Shown piece after piece: positions 54,182-64,000 of a DNA stretch of 64,000 nt (positions within the stretch are counted from its first letter, which is position 1; each line of letters begins with the position of its first letter). This stretch comes from Guillardia theta CCMP2712. Taxonomy: Eukaryota > Protista > Cryptophyta. Location of the stretch: positions 946,333 through 1,010,332 of the forward strand of contig NW_005434666.1 of the NCBI RefSeq assembly GCF_000315625.1, read 5' to 3'. Position numbers and translations under genes: made by a program. Under the pieces are notes generated by a model. It saw only the letters and a list, made by a program, of their open reading frames with translations. It was not told where the DNA came from and did not search any database.

Positions 54182-57067
54182 ATGCCTCAGAGCCATCAGG
54201 CTATTGGTTTGCAATGCTTGCTTGTTGCCATGAGCGTTCTGATCCATGCGAATGATGGGATGGGTCAACGGGGTATGACAACACCTTTGTCGCTCCCTCC
54301 CCGTGGCAAGGCCTCAAGGCCATGCTGGAGACCAGCCCTCCGGCTGTCAATGCGGGGAGGGAGAGAGATTGAGGAGCCCAAGAAGGGCAAGAAAACCAAG
54401 GAGAGCAAGAAGAAGGTGGAATCAAAGATCAAAAAGAAAAAGTCGTCGGGATCCGCCAACACAAAGTCACTTCACAAGGAGAGGTCTTCCAAGAATCGTG
54501 AAGGAATTGCCAAGAAGTCAAAGGAGACACATGAATCATCTACCAAGAAGTCAAAGGAGAAACATGAAGCATCTACAAAGAAGTCAAAGGAGAAACATGA
54601 AGCATCTACCAAGAAGTCAAAGGAGAAACATGAAGGAACTGCCAAGAAGTCAAATGAGAAACATGAAGAATCCGCCATGAAGTCAAATGAGAGACATGCT
54701 TTGCAACAGGCAATGCTCCATGATTGGGTACTCAGACAGCTTGCTCGGTCGCACATGGTGGTCCCCCCGAACACGACGAAGGCTGAGATCAGCAACAACA
54801 CGTTGAATCGCGCTACATCTGAGTTGAAAGCTGAGGAAAACAAGACAGAGGCTGAAAACTTCTCCTCCTTGACCTTGTTTGTTGGCAATCTCCCAAAGAA
54901 CGTGTCGAACAGTGAGTTGAGAGAGTTGTTCTCCTCCTGCTATCCTCAGAACTCCGTGACGATCAACTTCCGGATCCCCTACAACAAGGAAGGGCTGGGG
55001 AAGGGCTTCGCATTCGTCACCATGCCAGACCGCGAGACGCGGCTCAAGTTCATGGCAATGGCAGGAACGAAGTTTGCGGGGAGGAAGATATGTGTAAAGG
55101 CCTCGAAGAAGCCAGTCCCTTGTGACACAGTATTTGTTTCCAACTTCCCGGTCGGTTTTGCAGATGCTGAGCTGAAGGAGTACTTTTCAGCCTGTGGCGA
55201 AATCGTTGAGATTCGATCGTCAAGCTCGTACGCCCAGCACGAAACCAGCTCCCCTTCAGCTGAAGAAGCTGACTGGCACTTTGTCAAGTTCGCTGAAGAG
55301 GCAGCTGCAGAAAAAGCCGCCGGCATGCACGGAGCTGTGCTACAGGGTCGTCCGATCATCGTTGACTATGCTGAGAGTCTACGAGCACTGCCTGAAGCTG
55401 AGGGAGGCAAGAGCAGGGGACAGAGCGACAAGAAGATGGGGGATGGAGGAGACGCTGAGGGGGAGGAGGAGGACAGGAGGTTCGAAGGCCTGACAGACAC
55501 ATTGAAAATCTCGAATCTCGACTATGGGATCAAGGAGGAGGAATTGAAGAAATCGTTCGCTGACTGCGGGGAGATCCGTGGGATCGAGTGGGGGCTGGAC
55601 ATGAGGAGAGGGCTATTTCTTGGTCATGCTTTTATCATCTTTGCCGACCCTTCCTCCGTATCGACCGCCATGGCCGTTCCGCGGACCTGTCTGGGGAAAG
55701 AATTGTTTATGGACCCTGTTGAAAGCAGAGCATTCCTCTTCTCTGATATGGAGGAAGGCTCCAAGGTCACGAGGGGGACGGTGGGACGGAGCGCCCCGGT
55801 AGACTGCAGGACAGTCTTCGTGTACAACCTTCCTCCAGGCACTGAGGAGGAGGAGATCCGCTCGCTGCTGGAGGGCTGCGGGAACATCCAGGGCGTTCGG
55901 ATCAACCAGACGGCTATCTCGCGCACCGGAATCCCTTCCTCTTTCGCCCATGTCGACTTCGAAACGCACGAGCAGGCGCTGCGGGCGATCGAGCTGAGGG
56001 GGCAGGACGTGGGAGGGAGGAGCGTGGGACTGACCATGTCGCATGCCCCCAGTATCACCAGGTCACACAAGGACTCGTTCTTCCTCGCTGGTCAGAAGCC
56101 CCCGGGCTGCCGGACGATATTCATGGGGAACCTGCCGTTCAGCGTCAAGGAAGGAGAGGTCCGAGCGCTGCTGGCTGACTGCGGGCCCATCGAGTCGCTG
56201 CGGTGGGGGGAGCAGGAGGGAGCGTTCAAGGGGTTTGTGCACGTCGTTTTCACGCACTCGGAGGCAACAGACATGGCGGTGAACAAGTCTGGGAGCTTGC
56301 TGAAGGGGAGGAGGATCAAGATCGATTACGGAGTGGAGGAGAGGAGGAGGAGGAGGAAGGAGGAGAAGCCTCCAGTCTGCCGGTCAGTGCACGTGTCGAA
56401 CCTGCACCATGGGGTGAGCGAGAGGCTGCTGAGGAAGCAGTTCGAGCAGTGCGGCGACATCGAGAACATAGAGCTCAGCCACGACAGGAGGACGGGTGAG
56501 TTCCGAGGGTACGGCTTCATCAGGTTCGAGGAGGAGGACGCGGAGGAGGCGGCAGAGAAGGCCTTGAAGCTGTCAGGGACAATGCTGCTGGGGAAGGAGA
56601 TAGTGGTGCGGTACAGCAGCAGGGACTGGCTGGAGCAGAAGACTGTGTACAAGGACGCGTACTCCATCTCCCTGACAGGCCTCACCAAGGCGATGAGCCG
56701 GTCGGCGATCCAAGAGGTGATGAGCTGTTATGGAGCGATAGACGACTTTCGGTGGTCCAGCAGCAGGCTGGCAAGGAAGGGGTCCAAGGACTTGCCTCCT
56801 CCAGGGTTCAAGGGGAAGGCGTATATCCGCTACGCTAGGAGGAAGAGCGCAGCTGCGGCGATCGCAGACGGGACGGTGCAGATTGGGATGGAGGAGGTGA
56901 AAATAGGGGCAGCGCACGATAGTCAGCGAGACTTTGTGAAGAAGCCCAAGATAGGCAAGACTCGGCTGCCGCACTGGCACCCGCAGTCGGTCTACAGCAG
57001 GAAGAAACGAAGGAAGAGGATGATGGAGAGTGTGCAAGGGCGGCCTGGGGAGAGGGCAGGGCAGTAG
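54182..57067 (+). CDS. Nucleolin/Gar2-like RNA-binding protein with 7 RRMs, Lys-rich repeats and N-terminal signal peptide + RGG leader
   Basis: RNP2/RNP1 pairs LFVGNL/KGFAFV, VFVSNF/HFVKF, LKISNL/GHAFI, VFVYNL/FAHVDF, IFMGNL/KGFVHV, VHVSNL/RGYGFI, ISLTGL/KGKAYI. Leader IGLQCLLVAMSVLIHA..PALRLSMRGG; basic C-tail RKKRRKR. Intronless 961 aa. Confidence 0.88.
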   Translation: MPQSHQAIGLQCLLVAMSVLIHANDGMGQRGMTTPLSLPPRGKASRPCWRPALRLSMRGGREIEEPKKGKKTKESKKKVESKIKKKKSSGSANTKSLHKERSSKNREGIAKKSKETHESSTKKSKEKHEASTKKSKEKHEASTKKSKEKHEGTAKKSNEKHEESAMKSNERHALQQAMLHDWVLRQLARSHMVVPPNTTKAEISNNTLNRATSELKAEENKTEAENFSSLTLFVGNLPKNVSNSELRELFSSCYPQNSVTINFRIPYNKEGLGKGFAFVTMPDRETRLKFMAMAGTKFAGRKICVKASKKPVPCDTVFVSNFPVGFADAELKEYFSACGEIVEIRSSSSYAQHETSSPSAEEADWHFVKFAEEAAAEKAAGMHGAVLQGRPIIVDYAESLRALPEAEGGKSRGQSDKKMGDGGDAEGEEEDRRFEGLTDTLKISNLDYGIKEEELKKSFADCGEIRGIEWGLDMRRGLFLGHAFIIFADPSSVSTAMAVPRTCLGKELFMDPVESRAFLFSDMEEGSKVTRGTVGRSAPVDCRTVFVYNLPPGTEEEEIRSLLEGCGNIQGVRINQTAISRTGIPSSFAHVDFETHEQALRAIELRGQDVGGRSVGLTMSHAPSITRSHKDSFFLAGQKPPGCRTIFMGNLPFSVKEGEVRALLADCGPIESLRWGEQEGAFKGFVHVVFTHSEATDMAVNKSGSLLKGRRIKIDYGVEERRRRRKEEKPPVCRSVHVSNLHHGVSERLLRKQFEQCGDIENIELSHDRRTGEFRGYGFIRFEEEDAEEAAEKALKLSGTMLLGKEIVVRYSSRDWLEQKTVYKDAYSISLTGLTKAMSRSAIQEVMSCYGAIDDFRWSSSRLARKGSKDLPPPGFKGKAYIRYARRKSAAAAIADGTVQIGMEEVKIGAAHDSQRDFVKKPKIGKTRLPHWHPQSVYSRKKRRKRMMESVQGRPGERAGQ
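54509..54706 (+). repeat. 33-bp coding tandem repeat x6 (TKKSKEKHEAS)
   Basis: Direct reading. Confidence 0.9.
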
Positions 57068-57202
57068 GGAACAGAAGAGAGTTGTGGTTGAAGTGTTTTC
57101 TTGCACCGTGATGGACCAAAAAAGTAGCTCTGACTACCTGTGAGGACTTCGCCTCTGCTCTCCTACTCTGTCTCCTCCCGTTTCCTCCCTCTCCGCTCCT
57201 CG

Positions 57203-59481
57203 TTATACCATGGCCTTCCTGTTGATGGTCGTGGTGTACTGCCAACTCATCAGTACCTTCGTGCCTGCGAGAGGAGGACAAGGGACATGCGGAGGTGGTG
57301 GGGATGGAACTCAGGGGACTCAAGGACCAGGACATTATAGGACAAAATGAGTCAGGAGGAGGAGGAGATGGCGAAAAGGGAGGGGGGAGAGGAGGAGGAG
57401 GGAGAGAGGAGGAGGAGGAGGAGGAGGAGGAAGAGGGAGAAATCACCATCTCTCCGTTGCTTCTTTCAAGCTCCAGACGCACGGGAGTTCCTTCGATGCC
57501 CTGGATGAGCGAGAAGACTGCGTCGAGAGGGAGCGACTACCAAGATGGTCAGAAAAGAAGTAGAGGAGGGGGAACAGGAGCAGATGATGATGAGGAGGAG
57601 GAGGAGGAGAAAGAGGAGGAGGAGGAGGAGGAGGAGGAAGGCAACCTCAACGTGCTTTCCGTCAACTGTGTGAAGGATGTCGTTCACAGAGACGTGCCCC
57701 TGGTCGCTTGCTGCTCCTCCCGTCACAACCTCGAGGATGTAAATCTTGTCCGCGTGCGTCCGATGATCGTCCTGCGCAAACCTGAACCTCCGACAAGCTC
57801 GTTCTCCCTCTTTCCCCCTCTGCCCCTCCCCGCATTTCGTTTCTTCCTCCTGCTCTTGTTCCCACTCCAGCTGATCCTCCTCCTCTTCCTCCTCCTGCGC
57901 CTTGCCCTCTTCATCCTCCTCCCCCTGCTCCTCCTCCACCTCCCCTTCTTCCTCCTCGTTTTTCCTGCTTCCTCTATCGAGTTCTCACCTCGAACTTGCC
58001 CAGCAGGAGACCAACTCCTGCGCGCTTGGGAGGAGGAGCTGCGAGCTTCGTGCGATTCTTTTCCAGCTCCTCAAGCTTCTTTCTGCTATGACGGTAAAGA
58101 GATGCCGAAGGAGGAGGAGGAGGAGGAGGAGGAGGAGGAGGAGGAGGAGGGGGTAGCAGGTGAGAGTGCAGGTGAGGAAGGGGGAATAGGGACAGAAAGA
58201 GGGAAGGGAGGATGTGGAGGAAAACACAAGAGAAGAGAAATGGAGGAAGGAAGAAGGAAGAAGGAAGAAGGAGGGAGGAGGGAGGTGACCTCAACGCAGC
58301 TAGCTCCTCCTCACATCCGCAGCTCTTGTTCCGGAGGAGCTCTTTCTCAGCTGCTTCCCAGCTTAGCCCAAGAATCAGCTCAGAGAAGCAGCAGACCTTG
58401 AAGATCGCGAAGCTCTCTGTCCATCTCCGCGATCTTTTTCTGGAGTGCTGTAAGAGCGGCGTCGAGCAATGGGAAGCAGGATGGTGGAATAATGAACAGG
58501 AGCAGGAGGGAGAGGAAGGGGAGGAGCAGGAGATGTGGAGGGGACTGAGGAGGAGCAGGATGAAGGAGAAGTAGAGTAGCGAGAGAAGATAACCTTGAGA
58601 TCTTCGGCTTGTCGGCGAGCGTTGTCCCTCTCTTGCTCTGCTTTCTTGAGAGCCTCTTCCTGCGTGGATGAAGGTGAACATCAATGAACTCGATGAAAGT
58701 GAAGAGATGAGAGCGGGGGAGGGAAGAGGAATTAACGACAGCAACGAGAGGGAAAGAGGTGAAGAGCCATGAAGGAGCAAGGGAGCAAGATGAAGGAGGA
58801 AGGAAGAAACGCAGAAGGGAGGAGAGGAGAGGAGGGGAGGGGAGAGGAGACGAGAGGAGAGGAGAGGAGAGGAGAGGAGACGAGAGGAGAGGAGGGGAGA
58901 GGAGAGGAGAGGAGAGGAGAGGAGAGGAGAGGAGAGGAGAGGAGAGGGGAGGAGAGGAGGGCAGGAGAGGAGAGGAGAGGAGAGGAGAGGAGGGGAGAGG
59001 AGAGGAGAGGAGAGGAGGAGAAGAGGAGGGCAGGAGAGGAGCAAGCCGAGGCCTTTCCTCTTTCGTACCAGTGAAAGAAGTTTCGCTCGGAGTTTCTCAA
59101 GAGCAGACGAAAGATCCTCGACTGATTTCGCCAGACTGGGAAGAGTGAGAAGAAAGCAAAGAGAAGCTGACATTCCTTCAACCAGCTCAAGGCATCATCT
59201 CCATCGACAACCGATGTAAACATGAATGATATCATCATCATCACCACCACCACCACCACCACCACCACCACCACCACCACTACAACCATCGTCTTACCTA
59301 TCTTTCTCCAGAAGGACAGCAGAATATTTCGCGCTGTTTGTCATATTAGCCAGGCAGCGAAACGTTCATCTCAATCAAAGTGATAAAATTTGTACAACTT
59401 TTCCTCCTCCTCCTCCTTGTCCTTCTCCTTGTCCTCCTCCTTGTCCTCCTCCTTGTCCTCCTCCTCCTACAACTACTACAA

Positions 59482-59540
<59 letters not shown>

Positions 59541-62500
59541 ACTACTTGTCCATCGCTATCCTACGACATTCTCACCTCAGCTCGGACAACTCTTTCTTCA
59601 ATTTCTCCGTCTCCCTCTTCGCGGTATGGGCTTCTGCCTCAAGCTTGTTCGCCCGATCGTTCGCTGACGAGATCTGCACGACCCCAGCTCAGCCCCAACA
59701 GAGCAGCAGCTCGAGAGCCTTGCCTGACGGTCACAAGAGAGATGAGCAGCTCTTATGTCGTCCCGCTCTTTCTCAGCTCTGCCCGATGTCAGCTGGAGAC
59801 TTCAGATCTTCTCCTCTCTCACTTTGTGCAGTTTGCCTCCTCTTCTGCAGCCTTCACCTTCCACCTCCTGGCCTCATCCTCGAACCTCGCGCAGTCCTTC
59901 AGCAGCTGTTGCATCTGCGGGAGAGGTTGAGAAGGAGAGGGAAAGGGAGCGCAAGTAGCGAGAAGAACGCAGGAAGGAGGAGAGGAGGAGAGGGGGAGAG
60001 GAGGAGAGGAGGAGAGGGGGAGATCGCTCAAAGGAGCTAGGAGGGGTATGACAGCACGTGTCGACCTTGGCCTCAGACTCTTTCAGAAGCTTCTCAGCTT
60101 CTTCCTTCTGCTCCCTGCGATCACTCCTGTCAAAGTTTCCCACCTCCCTCTCCCCTCCCCGTCCTCCTCCTCCTCCTCCTCTTCAATCTGACCTTATGAC
60201 CTCCAAGTTCCGCTCAGCAATTCGCTTCAGCTCAGCTTCCTGCCTCCAACGTCAGCATCTATTTCTCCGCTCCTCCTCTCCTCCCTGCCTCCCCTCTCCC
60301 CGCCTTCCCCTCCTCCTCCCCGAGCTACTCTCTTCCTGCAGCCTTGGCTCTCACCTTAGCGACTCTCTCCTCAGCTTCTCTTCTCGCCATCATCTCGCTC
60401 TGCGTCGCTTTCTCGGCTGCTTTCCTCCTCTCCTCCACCTCTGCCTTTGACTTCTCCGCAGCATCTGCTCGATCTGTCGCACTTCTCAGCTGCTCCTCGC
60501 ACTTTCTCAGCTTCTCGTGCTCGTCGTTCAGCCTGTCGATGGACTGCTGCAGCTTCCTTGCCAGCTCCTGGGCCATCCCCTCCGCCTCTCCCTTTGCCTT
60601 TCTCGCCGCTACAAGTTCCAGCTCCATCCTCCTGAGCGACTTCACCGCCTCCTCCAGCTCATGGCTTTCCTTTTCCAGCTTCCTCTCGAGCTCCCTGGAG
60701 ATCTTCTGTGCCTTCTCCCTCTGCTCTTTTGCCTCCTGTAGCTCCTTCAACATCTTTGCCAGCCGCTCCTCAGCTGATCGGAGCAGAGAGCTCTCCTGCA
60801 TCAGCTTCTCCTGAACCTTCCTCCTCTCTTCGTACGCACTGTCCCTCTCCTTCTCCACCTCCAGCCGAGCGTACGTTGCTGCTACTGCTGCCTCCTCTGC
60901 CAGCAGGCACCGAGCTGCCTCTCTTCCAGTATCCTCCTCCGCCATCCTCCTCGCCTTGGCCTCTGCAGAGCACTTTGCCTCTGCCACCTGTCGTGCGTCC
61001 TTTTCCCTCCCCAGCTCGTGCTCCAGCTCCTCCAGCTTTGAACGGAGGTCTGACAGCGCCATCTCGAGCTGCTCGACCTTGGGTCGCAGGTCGGGGTAGG
61101 AGGGCGCCGACGCACCGAGTCGCACGGGTCGCTTTCTCCTTAGCTCCTCTAGTTCCTCCAGCAGCTGGGAATTCTCAGCTCGCAGCTGGACAAGTGTCTG
61201 CTGGGCATCCCCCAGCTGCTCCTTGGTGGCCCGATGGCTCGAAACCTCTGCGAGGATCTGCTTCTCAGCTGACATCCTCTCAGCGTGCTCGTTGTCCCTC
61301 TCTTGCTGGAGCTGCTGCTGGAGCAAGACTGCCTCCTTCAGCTCGACCCGAACGTCTTCCAGCTGCTGCGCAAGCTCTGCATTCTTCCTTTTCAGCCTCT
61401 CGAGCTCCAAGAGCAGCTGGGCAACTTTCTCCTGCTCCACCTGGCGCAGATGTCAGCTCCCTTGAGTCTCCAGCAGACGCCCACCTTGACTTGATTGAGT
61501 GCCTCTTGCAAGTTCGACTTCTCCTGCAAACGACGCAATGGGGTGAGGGAGAAGTGAAGGAACTTGCGGGTCGAGAGAGGAGAGGGGGAGAGGGTTGAGC
61601 ATCAAGGAACAGCAGTAGCGGGATCAGAGAGGTTTAACTAGTGGATGGGAAGAAGATGAGGAGCAAGCCGGAGACAGAAGGGTTGGGAAGGAACGGGTTG
61701 ATCTCACGATCTGGAGCTGCTTCTTGGCTGAGGAAGCCTCCACTTCTGCCTGCTGCCGGAGATTTTGCTGAGCACGAAGATCCACCTGGAGCTTCTTCAT
61801 TTCCTGCAAAGATCCATCAGAGCAAGTCAGACGAGAGGAAGAGGATGAAAAAGAAGGCAAGAGGAGGAGAGTCCGAGAACCTCGATCGCTGCCTGTCTAG
61901 CTCGCTCAGCTTCTTCCTTCAGCTGCTCTGCTTCTTTCCTGCTTAAGGATCAAGGAGATTGCATGGAGAGAGAGGAGCGAGACAAGAACAAGAATGACAC
62001 AAAAGGGGAGAGAAAGAGGAGACAAGAGAGGGGAGCAGAGCAGAGCAGAGCAGAGCAGAGCAGAGAAGAGAAGAGCAGAGCAGAGCAGAGCAGAGCAGAG
62101 CAGAGCAGAGAGGAGAGGAGAGGAGAGGAGAGGAGAGGAGAGGAGAGGAGAGGAGAGGAGAGGAGAGGAGAGGAGAGGAGAGGAGAGGAGAGGAGAGGAG
62201 AGGAGAGGAGAGGAGAGGAGAGGAGAGGAGAGGAGAGGAGAGGAGACAGGAGACAGGAGACAGGAGAAGAAAACTCACGTTCTTGTTTCCGCAAGTGTCT
62301 TGGCATCTTCTGCCTTCTTGACCTTCTCCTCAGCAGCTCGAATTTCCTTCAATGCAACCTGCAAGGGCATAAGGGAAACAGCAGAAAACCAAGAGGAAAG
62401 GATAAGAAAGAAAAGATATGGTACGCAGAGGGAGGAGAAAATGAAGACAGAATAGAGGACGAGGACGAGGACGAGGAAGAGGAAGAGGACGAGGACGAGG

Positions 62501-64000
62501 ACGAGGAGAAAACAGGACAGTGGTCAAGGTGGGCAACGGAGGACTACAACAAGAGACCTCCAACTCTCGGATTTTCTCTTCTGCTCTCTTCTCTGCCTCA
62601 ATCTTGCGTTCAACAGCAGCTGCTTGTGCCTCCTCGGCTTCCTGCAAGAGAGTGAGAAGGAGGAGGACAAGAAGGTGGTGGAGGAGGTGGAGGAGGAGGA
62701 CGAGAAGGGGGTGGAGGAGCTGGAGGAGGAGGAGGAGGAGGAGGAGGAGGAGGAGGAGGTCAGTGCAGATGCAGAAACGGACCTTCTTCATTTTCTTCTC
62801 CAGCTCCATCATTTCCTCGAGCTTCTTTCTAGACTGGAGCTGAAGGAGAATTGGGGAGTTAGAGATGTTATGGAGAAAGGTTAAGAGAAGGAGCAGGAGG
62901 AGCAGGAGGAGCAGGAGCAGATGCAGGGGCGGTAGGGAGACAGGATTGGTGTTAGCGGAATATCAGCATGACTCACATCAGCCTGGATCTTGTCTTTCAA
63001 GTTCTGTATCTCCGTCATCTTTGACCTCAATTCCGATTCTGCACAACTCCCATCAAAACGCACATGACGACGATCTCATGATGTTCTCACGGAGTTCGTT
63101 GAGGTTGTCAAGAGCATCTGATCGCTCTTTCTCCGCCTACAAAGTGCATCGTTACCTATTGAAGGCAAGAACACTCTGTGTTGCACCTGAGCAAGTTTTC
63201 TGCTCACTTCCGCGAGGTTCTCTTTCATCCAGCTCTCTTGCATCAGGGCCTGTCATGATCATCATCTCTCTCGTCATCGTTTCTATCTTGTGAATCCTCT
63301 CCTCTCACCTTTTTCTTCGCATCTTCAGCTTGTTCAGCTCTCAGATCAGCGTCTTTGACCGCCTGCATGACATGAATTTACCACCCCTCTCCTCAAATCT
63401 TCTCCCATAACCAGCACCGCCATATCATCATCATCACCACCACCACGCGCAGCACCACCACCAACTCCTCCTGCTCCTCCTCCATCGTCAACAGAAACAG
63501 CTATATCAACACTTTACTTGATCATCACCAACACCAACACCAACACCAACACCAACACCAACACCAACACCAACACCAACACCAACACTGTATCATCGTC
63601 ATCTCAATCATCATCAAATGAACTACCTGTTCATGAAGTGATACAACTTCCTCGGCCCTTCTCCTTCCTTCCAGTGCAGCATCCGCCTAAAGCAAAGTGA
63701 GAAGACAAGGAGCGAGAGCAAAAGAGATAGAATCATTCAGATCAGCAGCAGCAGCAGCAGCAGCAGCAAACTGTTGGAAAGTACAACAGAAAACCTTCTC
63801 GTCGGCGACTTTACGAGCCTGTCGCTCATCATCGAGATTCTTCTCGGCATGAAGTTTGAGATCTTGAATGACAGAAATCTACTCAAAAATTGATATTCAT
63901 ATCATCATCATCTCCTCCTCCTCCTCCTGCTGTTCCTCCTCCTCCTCTTTCTCCTCCTCCTCCTCCTCCGCTTCTTCCTACTTCTCCTCCTCCTCTCGCA
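57203..64000 (-). CDS. Very long coiled-coil protein with C-terminal PDZ domain (5' end outside window)
   Basis: Many E/K/Q/A-rich heptad exons (e.g. 60325-61440). PDZ: RAGVGL..RFAQ..IYILEVVTGGAASDQGHVSVNDILHTVDGK..LIQGIEGTPVRLEL..YTTTINR. Confidence 0.75.
58820..59040. repeat. (GAGAG)n pentamer microsatellite, intronic
   Basis: Direct reading. Confidence 0.95.
62035..62262. repeat. (GCAGA)n(GAGAG)n microsatellite, intronic
   Basis: Direct reading. Confidence 0.95.
63528..63588. repeat. (ACCAAC)n microsatellite, intronic
   Basis: Direct reading. Confidence 0.9.

Overview
Eukaryotic nuclear DNA, gene-dense, with many tiny (about 40-60 nt) GT-AG introns and other introns swollen by microsatellites. 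Intron style, bipartite signal-plus-transit leaders (including an AAF plastid motif) and a Zn2Cys6 factor point to a cryptophyte alga of the Guillardia type; this is inferred, not proven. Splicing the exons by hand gives about 20 protein genes: ARM-repeat proteins, a plastid-targeted Maf/YceF, TFIIA-gamma, a laminin-IV extracellular protein, an IQANK1-C-like protein, a double Zn2Cys6 transcription factor, a BRO1...U-box protein, a TPR-CHAT caspase-like protease, an LRR protein, a D/D-domain two-domain phosphagen kinase, a two-domain glycosyltransferase, a GNAT, ALDH6, a 7-RRM nucleolin-like protein and a coiled-coil PDZ protein. There is also one tRNA-Leu(CAA) and one 255-nt N gap. The most striking item is invisible in the ORF track: a spliced gene at 36914-38059 (-) encoding signal peptide + LRGG leader + cysteine-less monothiol-glutaredoxin-like domain fused to the complete Dre2/anamorsin Fe-S domain. 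It is a candidate Grx-Dre2 fusion for Fe-S assembly in the periplastid (nucleomorph) compartment. Other leads are a second RGG-leader protein (nucleolin-like), the docking-domain phosphagen kinase, the BRO1-WW-MIU-U-box E3, a four-member orphan small-protein family (one copy inside an inverted repeat), CCG/TGASTCA promoter islands and a dispersed ~140-bp repeat. All exon models are by eye and need RNA-seq confirmation.
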